64,000 bases of DNA from a virus: IMG/VR virus record IMGVR_UViG_3300027785_002095. One strand, written 5' to 3'. Under the pieces are notes generated by a model. That model was not told the origin of the DNA, did no database searches, and was given only the letters and a program-made list of their open reading frames with translations. The position numbers were made by a program, and so were the translations under genes. Positions within the stretch are counted from its first letter, which is position 1; each line of letters starts with the position of its first letter. This document shows positions 18,772 through 26,626 of the stretch, piece by piece.

Positions 18772-19380
18772 ATGTTTATAAGTGACAAAGATGTTTGGAC
18801 CACATGCCCTGCAGATTACCTGTGGGTTTACGATAAATTAATACTGTCCCGCAAGTTAGGATATTTGGCAGCACCAGCAGGTATTGCAGTGCCTCAAGCC
18901 GATTGGTATATTATACGCCCTATAACCAATATTCGTTCAATGAGTCGCGGAGCTCAGAAACTATGGCTGACTCCCACAGACACTGATTCAGTGCCAGATG
19001 GTATGTTTTGGAGTGAAACATTTACAGGGCGGCATACCAGTGTAGACTTCCATTATGGCATACAACATCTGGCCGTAGAAGGATTTAGAGACGACCCTAA
19101 CAGGCTCAATCGTTTCAGCCGCTGGGAACGAATCGAAGAACACTATAAGTTTCCCAAAGTGTTAGGCGAGCTGTGGAAACTAACTCCGTGGGTCAATGTA
19201 GAATATGTTGACAACAAGATTATTGAAGTTCATCTCAGATGGAACGACGATTTTAGCAATCACAACGCAGATGTTATATACCCAGTGTGGAAGGAAGATG
19301 TCAGGCTGCAACCAATAAATACCACATGGTATGCCAGCGCCGACGGAGATCGTTTGGGATTCTGGATTGTGAATAAATAA
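18772..19380 (+). CDS. hypothetical protein
   Basis: 202 aa, Trp-rich, no assignable motif. Confidence 0.5.
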   Translation: MFISDKDVWTTCPADYLWVYDKLILSRKLGYLAAPAGIAVPQADWYIIRPITNIRSMSRGAQKLWLTPTDTDSVPDGMFWSETFTGRHTSVDFHYGIQHLAVEGFRDDPNRLNRFSRWERIEEHYKFPKVLGELWKLTPWVNVEYVDNKIIEVHLRWNDDFSNHNADVIYPVWKEDVRLQPINTTWYASADGDRLGFWIVNK

Positions 19381-19403
19381 ACAATGTAAAACCCGCCCAC
19401 AAT

Positions 19404-19841
19404 GTGGCGGCTAGATTCAACAAGAGAAACGATAGAATGACCAATAAACAATTAAATGAAGGCATGGGCAGTGTCAACGTAGAAGAACAATATGACGTTA
19501 GTCGTATCCAACAGTTGGCTGGACTTGCCAATGGTTCCACAGTGGCAGGTACTCCTGTTGCCGAAAGCATCAATGACGACATCAGCCCCGAAGAAGCACT
19601 TGACCTGGCTAAACAATTAGAAACACTTGTAAGGTCATTGGACGTTGCATTAGGAGACATTGAACACTTGATCCGTGCTCGACTTCCAAGAGAATTCCGC
19701 TCAATGGAACAGTACACATTTGCACACATCAAGGCTGCACTTGGCGGGCATGGATATGCTGAAAACCGTATGGCAAAAAGCCTTTATAGTTTAGTAGAAG
19801 ATCTAATAGACTACAGTGAAGGCAGCGAAGATACACTATGA
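19404..19841 (+). CDS. hypothetical protein
   Basis: 145 aa acidic. Confidence 0.5.
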   Translation: MAARFNKRNDRMTNKQLNEGMGSVNVEEQYDVSRIQQLAGLANGSTVAGTPVAESINDDISPEEALDLAKQLETLVRSLDVALGDIEHLIRARLPREFRSMEQYTFAHIKAALGGHGYAENRMAKSLYSLVEDLIDYSEGSEDTL

Positions 19842-20098
19842 AACAGCATCGTGTAACTGCCAGCATGTTTAACCCACAAGGGAACAATCCCGGGGTTCCT
19901 GATGCGTATGTTGATCCAGCAGTATTAAAGGCTGCTGGCGTTTACACAACAGTTGCACAACCTGTGGTAGCCAATAGCCCACAATTACCTAACTTGGGTC
20001 GTTACCAAGCAGATAATAACATCCGCCCCGGAACAGATGCTTGGTTTAAATTATGGTTCAGTAGACCAACACTGACTGGTGAGAAGCCCCATGAATGA
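19838..20098 (+). CDS. hypothetical protein
   Basis: 86 aa; ATGA overlap with upstream gene. Confidence 0.45.
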   Translation: MKQHRVTASMFNPQGNNPGVPDAYVDPAVLKAAGVYTTVAQPVVANSPQLPNLGRYQADNNIRPGTDAWFKLWFSRPTLTGEKPHE

Positions 20099-20207
20099 AC
20101 CTACAGTAGAACCATTGGAAGAACCTGTGCCTAGTCCAGATATCTATCTTGTATACCCTGCAGATGATGGTTATGATACTCCTAAAAATCCCTACAGCCA
20201 GCACTAA

Positions 20208-20360
20208 ATAATTTTATACTAAGAACCCACCTTAGGGCCGTTGTCGTAACGGTTAGCCCACCGGGCAGGCGTCCGAGTAGTTGCCGTAAGCAACCGGCGT
20301 AATTACACTGCTGAGCCTTAATAAAGTCAGCGCCGGATAAAGTAACCGGCTTTATATTTG
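20208..20360 (+). other. GC-rich structured intergenic element (three hairpins, last one terminator-like)
   Basis: GGGCCGTT-gtcgt-AACGGTTAGCCC; GTTGC-cgtaa-GCAAC; GCCGG-ataaagtaa-CCGGC followed by TTTATATTT; no tRNA cloverleaf or T-loop consensus. Confidence 0.3.
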
Positions 20361-20410
20361 AGAACATAATTTTAGGTTACACTCTTGATTTCAAGGACAT
20401 AAATATCAAT

Positions 20411-21262
20411 ATGAACATAAAAAATATACACGATGGTTGGTGCACTGAAATTACCACAACATACAACGAACTAATGGAAGAGTCTTCGGCTGTATGGCGT
20501 AATAGACTTGTTGACCGTGGACTGCTTATAGTTAAGGGATTGGGTCCCGATTTGACAGACAAACAGTTTCACGATGTTGCAAGTAAATTTGGTACGCTAT
20601 GGACTGTTGAGGATTATCGTGCAGGGTCGGGCAAGTTTGATGTTACACTAAACAAAGAAAATTTGGCAACTCCAACCAGTTATTTTAAAACAACAAATAA
20701 CCATTGGAAAGACACAGAAATGTTTTATCATGCGGACATGGCGCACATTGGAGAAAAGAGCTTTCCGGCCCGTTCATTGTACATGGTGCGCACCGCCAAT
20801 GACAACAGTGGGCAGACTGAGTGGCTTAACTTAGAAGCTGCTTACGATCAGTTTACCGAAGAAGAAAAAGCATATTACAGTGACGTAAAGATTTTTCAAC
20901 ACTTTATGTATTCTCCGGGTACACAACTTACCGAATTTCCTTTCTTAAAGACCAATCCGTATTCTGGCAGAGTTAGCCCTAGAATGAACTGCTATGGTAA
21001 AGGTAAGACTTGGATTCATCATGCCACCAAGGCCGGGGAAGAAGTTGTTTACTTCCGTGAGTTTATGGAAAAAATCTTTCGCTTATGTGAAAGCAAGCCC
21101 AATACACGATACAAGCATACATGGGAAAATGGCGACATGTTGATTTATGACAACTGGAACAGCGTACATCGTCGTGATCTTGTGACATTTCAACCTGGTG
21201 AACCAGATCGTCTACTAAAGCGATTGTCGTTTAACATATTTGACAGCATTGAAATAGCTTAA
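20411..21262 (+). CDS. Fe(II)/2-oxoglutarate dioxygenase, TauD/TfdA-like
   Basis: FYHADMAH (H-x-D), SGQTEWLN, IYDNWNSVHRRD resemble the TauD triad and 2OG-binding Arg region. Confidence 0.55.
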   Translation: MNIKNIHDGWCTEITTTYNELMEESSAVWRNRLVDRGLLIVKGLGPDLTDKQFHDVASKFGTLWTVEDYRAGSGKFDVTLNKENLATPTSYFKTTNNHWKDTEMFYHADMAHIGEKSFPARSLYMVRTANDNSGQTEWLNLEAAYDQFTEEEKAYYSDVKIFQHFMYSPGTQLTEFPFLKTNPYSGRVSPRMNCYGKGKTWIHHATKAGEEVVYFREFMEKIFRLCESKPNTRYKHTWENGDMLIYDNWNSVHRRDLVTFQPGEPDRLLKRLSFNIFDSIEIA

Positions 21263-21263
21263 C

Positions 21264-21290
21264 AAAACAGGTCCATTGGACCTGTTTTTA
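21264..21290 (+). terminator. intrinsic terminator AAAACAGGTCC-ATT-GGACCTGTTTT + T-run
   Basis: perfect 11-bp stem, 3-nt loop, TTTTTAT; directly after the dioxygenase stop. Confidence 0.65.
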
Positions 21291-21294
21291 TGAC

Positions 21295-21323
21295 TTGACA
21301 AACACTTTAAAAGGTGTTATACT
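21295..21323 (+). promoter_or_regulatory. promoter TTGACA-N17-TATACT with dyad AACAC/GTGTT in the spacer
   Basis: read directly; 31 nt upstream of the ATG at 21355. Confidence 0.5.
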
Positions 21324-21354
21324 ACACATATTAAATTAGCACTCAAGGATTACG

Positions 21355-21744
21355 ATGACTATGCATTTGGAAGGTCCATGGCTCAGTACCGTGGGCAAAC
21401 GTAAGGGCAAGAAAAAGTTTGCATCTGCTGAGATGGCACGAAAGGCCCGCGAGTTGGACGCAGATTGGAAAGAGCTACAAAAGCGTTGGGGTGTGGCTGC
21501 AGAAGATAAAAAGCGAACTCGTGCTCTTGCTGCCGAACCATACGTTACTCCAAAACAAGTTCATCGTGGCGCTGAACTGGCTCGTATTCCCAGTCGCGAC
21601 AGCGGACATGGCAATGCTACACTAAAGCCTGTTCCAGTTTATACTGGCGACAAAATGATTGGAATTGGACAACTTCATAAGTCAAACGCAGTTCCTGTGT
21701 TTAGAACTGAAGATGCAGAAGATATTGCCAGGATGCGTCGATAA
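21355..21744 (+). CDS. basic hypothetical protein
   Basis: 129 aa, K/R-rich N-terminus. Confidence 0.5.
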   Translation: MTMHLEGPWLSTVGKRKGKKKFASAEMARKARELDADWKELQKRWGVAAEDKKRTRALAAEPYVTPKQVHRGAELARIPSRDSGHGNATLKPVPVYTGDKMIGIGQLHKSNAVPVFRTEDAEDIARMRR

Positions 21745-21885
21745 TGCGTGACATGGTAATCAAGGAATGTCATCGTTTAGCGGCCGTATTAGGCGAAGAA
21801 CTTGACACAAATTGGAATAATATCAGTAATCGAGAGTTATTGATAATATACGGTGATTTACGAATTGATATCGAAACAGAGGAAT

Positions 21886-22191
21886 ATGATGACAAAGATT
21901 AAACTACTCGTTGCAGCCATAATGGTCGTGATATTAAGTGGATGTGCAACTCGAACAGGTACTGCTATTGTGGCAGGTACTGCTGGTATGGTCATTGGTA
22001 CAGCAATGTCACAACCAAGAACAGTTGTGGTGCGTGAAGTCCAAGAACAAGTTATTATTGTTAATGACGTGTGTAACCATTATTCATTATACAGTCAACG
22101 TGCCGCTTGTGAACGTGGTTCACGTCAACGTTATTATGAAGAACAGCGGCGTCGAGATAATGAAGCATATAGATCTGGTTATGGCAGGTAA
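21886..22191 (+). CDS. small lipoprotein
   Basis: MMTKIKLLVAAIMVVILSGC lipobox; GAGGAA RBS (track ORF starts upstream at a GTG). Confidence 0.55.
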   Translation: MMTKIKLLVAAIMVVILSGCATRTGTAIVAGTAGMVIGTAMSQPRTVVVREVQEQVIIVNDVCNHYSLYSQRAACERGSRQRYYEEQRRRDNEAYRSGYGR

Positions 22192-22240
22192 TAATATATA
22201 ATATATTAAAATAATATATAATATAATATAATAATATGGC
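22189..22240. repeat. AT-only low-complexity tract (TAATATA / AATATATAATAT units)
   Basis: about 50 nt without G or C between the lipoprotein stop and the next promoter. Confidence 0.5.
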
Positions 22241-22303
22241 CTAAATGTTGCTAAAATACAACGAAAATAGTCCAGAAATCTGGCTCAAACTCACTAAAAA
22301 CGG

Positions 22304-22332
22304 TTGACTTCTGGACCAGATTGCAGTATAAT
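22304..22332 (+). promoter_or_regulatory. promoter TTGACT-N17-TATAAT with palindrome TCTGGACCAGA in the spacer
   Basis: aligns over ~45 nt with the promoter at 30630; -10 ends 6 nt before the ATG at 22339 (leaderless transcript predicted). Confidence 0.5.
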
Positions 22333-22338
22333 AAACAC

Positions 22339-22671
22339 ATGAACTGCAAAAACACTCCAACACAACGCAAGCGCCGTACAGATCGTAACCATGCGATTTA
22401 CGAACTGTTTTGCGAAGTGACTGGCGAAAGCTACATTGGTATCACTGTGGTTGATGGTACTGCATTGGGTTCTGTGCGTGGACGTTTTAACCGTCACCTT
22501 AGCCGTGCTAATACTGAAAGCAAGAACTGGAACCTGTGTACTGCACTTCGTACACACGGACGCGAAGGGTTCACTCCTTACTTGCTGGAAGTAGTGCGTG
22601 GCAAGACAGCGGCTCACGCTCGTGAACGCGAATTGATTGCAGTTATGCAACCTGCTCTTAACACTCTTTAA
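22339..22671 (+). CDS. GIY-YIG nuclease-domain protein
   Basis: AIYELFCEVTGESYIGIT (GIY-x10-YIG), later RGRFNRHLS and RERE. Confidence 0.55.
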   Translation: MNCKNTPTQRKRRTDRNHAIYELFCEVTGESYIGITVVDGTALGSVRGRFNRHLSRANTESKNWNLCTALRTHGREGFTPYLLEVVRGKTAAHARERELIAVMQPALNTL

Positions 22672-22682
22672 AAGGAAACACC

Positions 22683-22898
22683 ATGTCTGATTATGCTATG
22701 TTCTCTGAAGCTGGTAACGCGGCAGTTGATGCAATCGTCCGTACTGCTCGAATCCTCAAATTGGATTGGCCCCAAGTTTATAATGAACTTGGCAGTTTGG
22801 CAGAACGTTTCCCCAAAGACTTTGGTGAAGCAACAGACACCGCAGTTCGTGAATCGGTTTACGATGCTTGTGGTTTCAAATCAGCTTTTTACATCTAA
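22683..22898 (+). CDS. hypothetical protein
   Basis: 71 aa, RBS GGAAACACCATG. Confidence 0.45.
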   Translation: MSDYAMFSEAGNAAVDAIVRTARILKLDWPQVYNELGSLAERFPKDFGEATDTAVRESVYDACGFKSAFYI

Positions 22899-22907
22899 GG
22901 AACTGAT

Positions 22908-23147
22908 ATGCTTGAACAAGTTACTAAAATTGAGTTTAACGGCAAGACATACAATCAGAAACACGGCAATGCTTTTGATCGTGGTTCAGCCGACAGCTAC
23001 TATGGTCGTCGACGTACCCCGCACCGTGGCGGCGTAGGTGGTGACAGTGGTCCTCGAATTGAACAGTTGTCTGAATTTGAAATCGAAGCATACAATGCTG
23101 GTTACGATTACAATGAGCACAGCGGTGACAAAAAGAATTGGGATTAA
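22908..23147 (+). CDS. hypothetical protein
   Basis: 79 aa. Confidence 0.45.
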   Translation: MLEQVTKIEFNGKTYNQKHGNAFDRGSADSYYGRRRTPHRGGVGGDSGPRIEQLSEFEIEAYNAGYDYNEHSGDKKNWD

Positions 23148-23188
23148 TAATCCCATTGACAGTTTAATTTTAACTTAAAGGAAATATC

Positions 23189-23335
23189 ATGTTTGAACGT
23201 ATGGAAATTCGTAAAGTGGCCAATGGCTTTGTACTGACAGTAGAGTCAGAAGAGGGTGAAAAGGACTATGTGTTTGACACCCAACGTAAACTGTTCAAGT
23301 TTATCAAAGATCTAATGGATGCTACCAAGGCATGA
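23189..23335 (+). CDS. small hypothetical protein (48 aa)
   Basis: AAAGGAAATATCATG; MFERMEIRKVANGFVLTVESEEGEKDYVFDTQRKLFKFIKDLMDATKA. Confidence 0.3.
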   Translation: MFERMEIRKVANGFVLTVESEEGEKDYVFDTQRKLFKFIKDLMDATKA

Positions 23336-23498
23336 TGTGATCCAGGAATATAAAGTAATCAATGCAACGCACGATGAGTTCCATCTACAAGTTGCATTAT
23401 TAATCAAAGCAGGATGGCAACCTTTGGGAGGAGTTGCCATCATTCGCGAGTATTTGACCCAGCCTACCACTTACTACTTTCAAGCATTCGTTCGATAA
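23319..23498 (+). CDS. small hypothetical protein (59 aa), DUF1737-like?
   Basis: ...EYKVINATHDEFHLQVALLIKAGWQPLGGVAII...; overlaps previous small ORF out of frame; family guess from memory only. Confidence 0.25.
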   Translation: MLPRHDVIQEYKVINATHDEFHLQVALLIKAGWQPLGGVAIIREYLTQPTTYYFQAFVR

Positions 23499-23814
23499 CT
23501 TGGACCTTTCCAAGTTAGCCAGTTTCCATTTGACAGATAGTTGTCCCAAGTACTATAATTAAAACAAGTGCAAGTTTTGTAGTACTTGAATGTTCCTGCT
23601 ACTTACTACTCATTTTTCGGACTAAGTTGTATAACATTTAACAATCTTTGTAAATTACATCGTAACTTCATTGGTTAATTTTACGTTATAATTGTTGTAA
23701 GCGTTAGCTGAAGTACTGCTAGCGTGACACGTACTTACAACTGAAGTTTAGTGTAATACAACAGCCGGAACAATTATGTAGAATACCACAGTAAGTATTA
23801 ACGGGAGACAAACT

Positions 23815-24504
23815 ATGAAACGAACAATTTATTTTGATACATTACAAACGCAATTAAGCGTAGACGCTAAAATTGCAATCAGCGACATTACCAGTAGTAC
23901 CATTGATGTAGTAGATTCTTGGCCAGGTCTTATGAGCCTGCTTTGTCAAGAACTCTGCCACAATGACAGTGTTGATCAGGATATTACTTTGGTGATATTC
24001 AACAAAGATTCACTTGCATTTCCCGGAACAACACTAAACGAAATAGTAGACGCAATTCGCACTATTTCTACCATATCCGGACCAAAGAAAGTAAGAATAG
24101 GAATTTTAATAAATGATAAATGTGAACAAAAGTTTGTTCAGCATTTAAAGAAAAGCAACATAAGCGGCATTGTACCAAATTTTAAAACGTTTGGGGATGC
24201 CGATTTCTTTGACGGCTTAAACACTTTATTGTCGGGTACTACACACTGGCCCGACGCATACATTGTTCAACGAATCAAATCATCTACTAGATCCACAGTG
24301 GAATACGGAATTCGGTTGACTGCACGACAACGTGAAATTATGACACTGGTAGCAAATCGAGGACTCAGCAATAAAAAGATTGCTCAAGTATTAAACATCA
24401 GTGAAAGTACTGTCAAGGTACATATCAGTTCTATTTTAAAAGCATACGGAGTCCGAAACAGAACTCAGCTGGCTCTGGCCGGTAACAAAGGGCTACACGC
24501 ATAA
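23815..24504 (+). CDS. LuxR-family transcriptional regulator (C-terminal HTH, atypical N-terminal domain)
   Basis: LTARQREIMTLVANRGLSNKKIAQVLNISESTVKVHISSILKAYGVRNRTQLA; N-domain lacks receiver Asp pocket. Confidence 0.7.
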   Translation: MKRTIYFDTLQTQLSVDAKIAISDITSSTIDVVDSWPGLMSLLCQELCHNDSVDQDITLVIFNKDSLAFPGTTLNEIVDAIRTISTISGPKKVRIGILINDKCEQKFVQHLKKSNISGIVPNFKTFGDADFFDGLNTLLSGTTHWPDAYIVQRIKSSTRSTVEYGIRLTARQREIMTLVANRGLSNKKIAQVLNISESTVKVHISSILKAYGVRNRTQLALAGNKGLHA

Positions 24505-24521
24505 TTTGCAACCTGGTTAAA

Positions 24522-24548
24522 ATATCCCCTTCATGGGGATATTTTTTT
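24522..24548 (+). terminator. intrinsic terminator ATATCCCC-ttcat-GGGGATAT + T6
   Basis: read directly after the LuxR stop. Confidence 0.75.
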
Positions 24549-24701
24549 GACTGTAGTACTGACGCACAGTATAGTACTTTTGCCTTTGAATAATCAGCAC
24601 CTGTGCCTTTAACTAATATTGTACTGTGGCAAAATTGATTTTGTTGCAGTCAGATCCTAGGCAAACATACAGCCTAGAATTTTACTTTAAAGGAAAATAA
24701 A

Positions 24702-25256
24702 ATGGCTGATATGCTAACAACTGATCCCTTCTTCGCTTTGACAAACCAGGTAGCTGGTGTACGTGAAAAGGTTTCTGATTCAATTTTTGAAAACTACAAA
24801 CTACAGGTCGCTCAAACAAACGACATCAACAACCGTGCTATGCAGGTTGCGCTACACGACTCCAGCGAACTAGCTAGCATCAAGCAAGAAGTTGCCAACA
24901 GCACACTTCAAACTATGTTGGCCGCAGCTCGCACAGACGCTGCAATTGGTGCAACAAGTGCTGCCGCACAACGCTTGACAATGGAGCAAGCAGAAGCTAC
25001 TCGTCGCTTAATCGTGGACTTGAACACACAAAACTTAAACACAGCATTGATCAACACAAACACAGCATTAACTGGTTTGGGCGTTCAATTTGGTGGCTTG
25101 GGTCTTGCTTATGGTGGCGCAGTAAGTGCTTACCAAAGTGCCAATCAAGTAAGCGCAGTAAACGCATTACAAAGCGCAATTTCTAGCCAAGGTCTAGTAA
25201 ACACTGGTACTATGACAGGTACTACACAAACTTCTACACCTACTAGCATCAATTAA
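24702..25256 (+). CDS. hypothetical protein (A/T/Q-rich)
   Basis: RBS AAAGGAAAATAAAATG; C-terminus SAISSQGLVNTGTMTGTTQTSTPTSIN recurs in the small ORF at 25546. Confidence 0.5.
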   Translation: MADMLTTDPFFALTNQVAGVREKVSDSIFENYKLQVAQTNDINNRAMQVALHDSSELASIKQEVANSTLQTMLAAARTDAAIGATSAAAQRLTMEQAEATRRLIVDLNTQNLNTALINTNTALTGLGVQFGGLGLAYGGAVSAYQSANQVSAVNALQSAISSQGLVNTGTMTGTTQTSTPTSIN

Positions 25257-25272
25257 TTAAGGAGATACTATT

Positions 25273-25491
25273 ATGTATAGATCCGGAATTATTGGGCTTG
25301 GTGGTTATGGCCGTCGTGGCTATTTGGCAGCAGGTATTGGTTATCCATACGGCGTGCTAGGTGGTTATGGCTTGGGCTATGGCTATGGTTACCCAGGCTA
25401 TGGTTATGGCCTAGGGTACGGAGGTTGTGGTTATGGCTTAGGCTGTGGCTACGGTGGCTACTACGGTGGCATCTCAGGCGGCTTGTTATAA
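25273..25491 (+). CDS. Gly/Tyr-rich low-complexity protein
   Basis: GYGRRGYLAAGIGYPYGVLGGYGLGYGYGYPGYGYGLGYGGCGYGLGCGYGGYYGG; RBS AAGGAG. Confidence 0.45.
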   Translation: MYRSGIIGLGGYGRRGYLAAGIGYPYGVLGGYGLGYGYGYPGYGYGLGYGGCGYGLGCGYGGYYGGISGGLL

Positions 25492-25501
25492 AATGAGCAC
25501 A

Positions 25502-25534
25502 GTGGGCCGACTCACAAGGTTGGCTCACTTTTTT
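25502..25534 (+). terminator. terminator-like hairpin GTGGGCC-N13-GGCTCAC + T6
   Basis: 7-bp stem with one G-U pair; T-run runs into the next SD. Confidence 0.45.
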
Positions 25535-25545
25535 AAGGAGTAAAA

Positions 25546-25719
25546 ATGTTTTCAGGTTATTATTATCCATTCTACAGAAGTTTTGCGTATCCGGGATTTA
25601 ACCCTTGGAGTTATAACGCCAACAACATCATTGGTAGCGCAGTGTCTAATCAAGGCTTTGTGAACACCGGCACCGCCGTGGGGGTAAATCAGATTTCCAC
25701 TCCAACAGTTATATGGTGA
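25546..25719 (+). CDS. small protein (57 aa) sharing a C-terminal motif with the 24702 ORF
   Basis: AAGGAG-N5-ATG; MFSGYYYPFYRSFAYPGFNPWSYNANNIIGSAVSNQGFVNTGTAVGVNQISTPTVIW. Confidence 0.35.
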   Translation: MFSGYYYPFYRSFAYPGFNPWSYNANNIIGSAVSNQGFVNTGTAVGVNQISTPTVIW

Positions 25720-25723
25720 TTAG

Positions 25724-26380
25724 ATGTACACAATAACACATACAAAATACGTTAATGGCCGGCTGGTAAAGCCCTTGGCAAGCGATCCGCTGCCAACAGT
25801 TGTCATTAATGAAAGAACTATGAACTTTCGCATGGACAATAGAACTCTATGGACACGTTATAGTTTAGGCATGATTAATTTTTCAGTTGCGCTATACAGC
25901 GGAATGGAAAGTGAAAATGTTTCGGAAAATTTAAAGCGGGCAGCATTTGCTTGCGGCAACTACTTTACACCATATTATGGTCTAAATGCTTCTAGAAAAA
26001 TTGGCAGCTTGTTAAGCGTCATTGTGTCCAATGGCGAGCGTGTGGCAGAATCACTAAAGACTGGCGCAGATATTGCTGCTTACGAAACTATATGGGACAA
26101 GCAAATCAATGAACTTGCAAATTACTTAAACGAGCTTAATCCCAATTATTGGCCCCGAGACACACTTGACGAAATGTTTATCAATTTGACAGCATTGTGG
26201 GTCGACAACTTCCGAGCCCGCTTGGCAAAAGATTTTGCCACTGATTCTGTTTCGCTTGACAACATTCTCAAAATTGCTGTGTCGGGCATACCAAATCATA
26301 TTCACAAAGGTTATACCAGCATTGCTGATCTGATCAGTCGCGGCATTATTGCACAGTCACCTTTAGAATTTTCGGTGTAA
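25724..26380 (+). CDS. hypothetical protein
   Basis: 218 aa. Confidence 0.5.
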   Translation: MYTITHTKYVNGRLVKPLASDPLPTVVINERTMNFRMDNRTLWTRYSLGMINFSVALYSGMESENVSENLKRAAFACGNYFTPYYGLNASRKIGSLLSVIVSNGERVAESLKTGADIAAYETIWDKQINELANYLNELNPNYWPRDTLDEMFINLTALWVDNFRARLAKDFATDSVSLDNILKIAVSGIPNHIHKGYTSIADLISRGIIAQSPLEFSV

Positions 26381-26383
26381 ATT

Positions 26384-26626
26384 ATGGCAATAATAAGCTC
26401 AAGTAAAGATGTAGAATTGACTGACTTAGAAGCGCATGTTGCGCTGTGTGCTCAGCGCCGTACTGCAACTGAGCTTAGAATAGATCATTTAGAAAGCAAA
26501 CTCAAATCCGCAGACGATCGAAGTGAACGTATTCGTAATATTATGCTGGGCGGGCTTATTTCCTTGGCGGCTGGTATCGCAGGCACAATATTTGCTGTGC
26601 TGTTTAAGCATGGGGTACTTCAATGA
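26384..26626 (+). CDS. small coiled-coil protein with C-terminal TM anchor
   Basis: MLGGLISLAAGIAGTIFAVLF at C-terminus. Confidence 0.45.
   Translation: MAIISSSKDVELTDLEAHVALCAQRRTATELRIDHLESKLKSADDRSERIRNIMLGGLISLAAGIAGTIFAVLFKHGVLQ

Noticed and set aside
20208-20360. Possible tRNA gene in GC-rich intergenic DNA
   Set aside because: No 7-bp acceptor stem with matching 3' end, no GTTC-type T-loop and no anticodon arm could be drawn; kept only as an unclassified hairpin cluster.
25289-25570. 93-aa His-rich minus-strand ORF
   Set aside because: Antisense to the Gly/Tyr repeat gene (GGN/TAY codons read in reverse give His/Asn/Ser runs).
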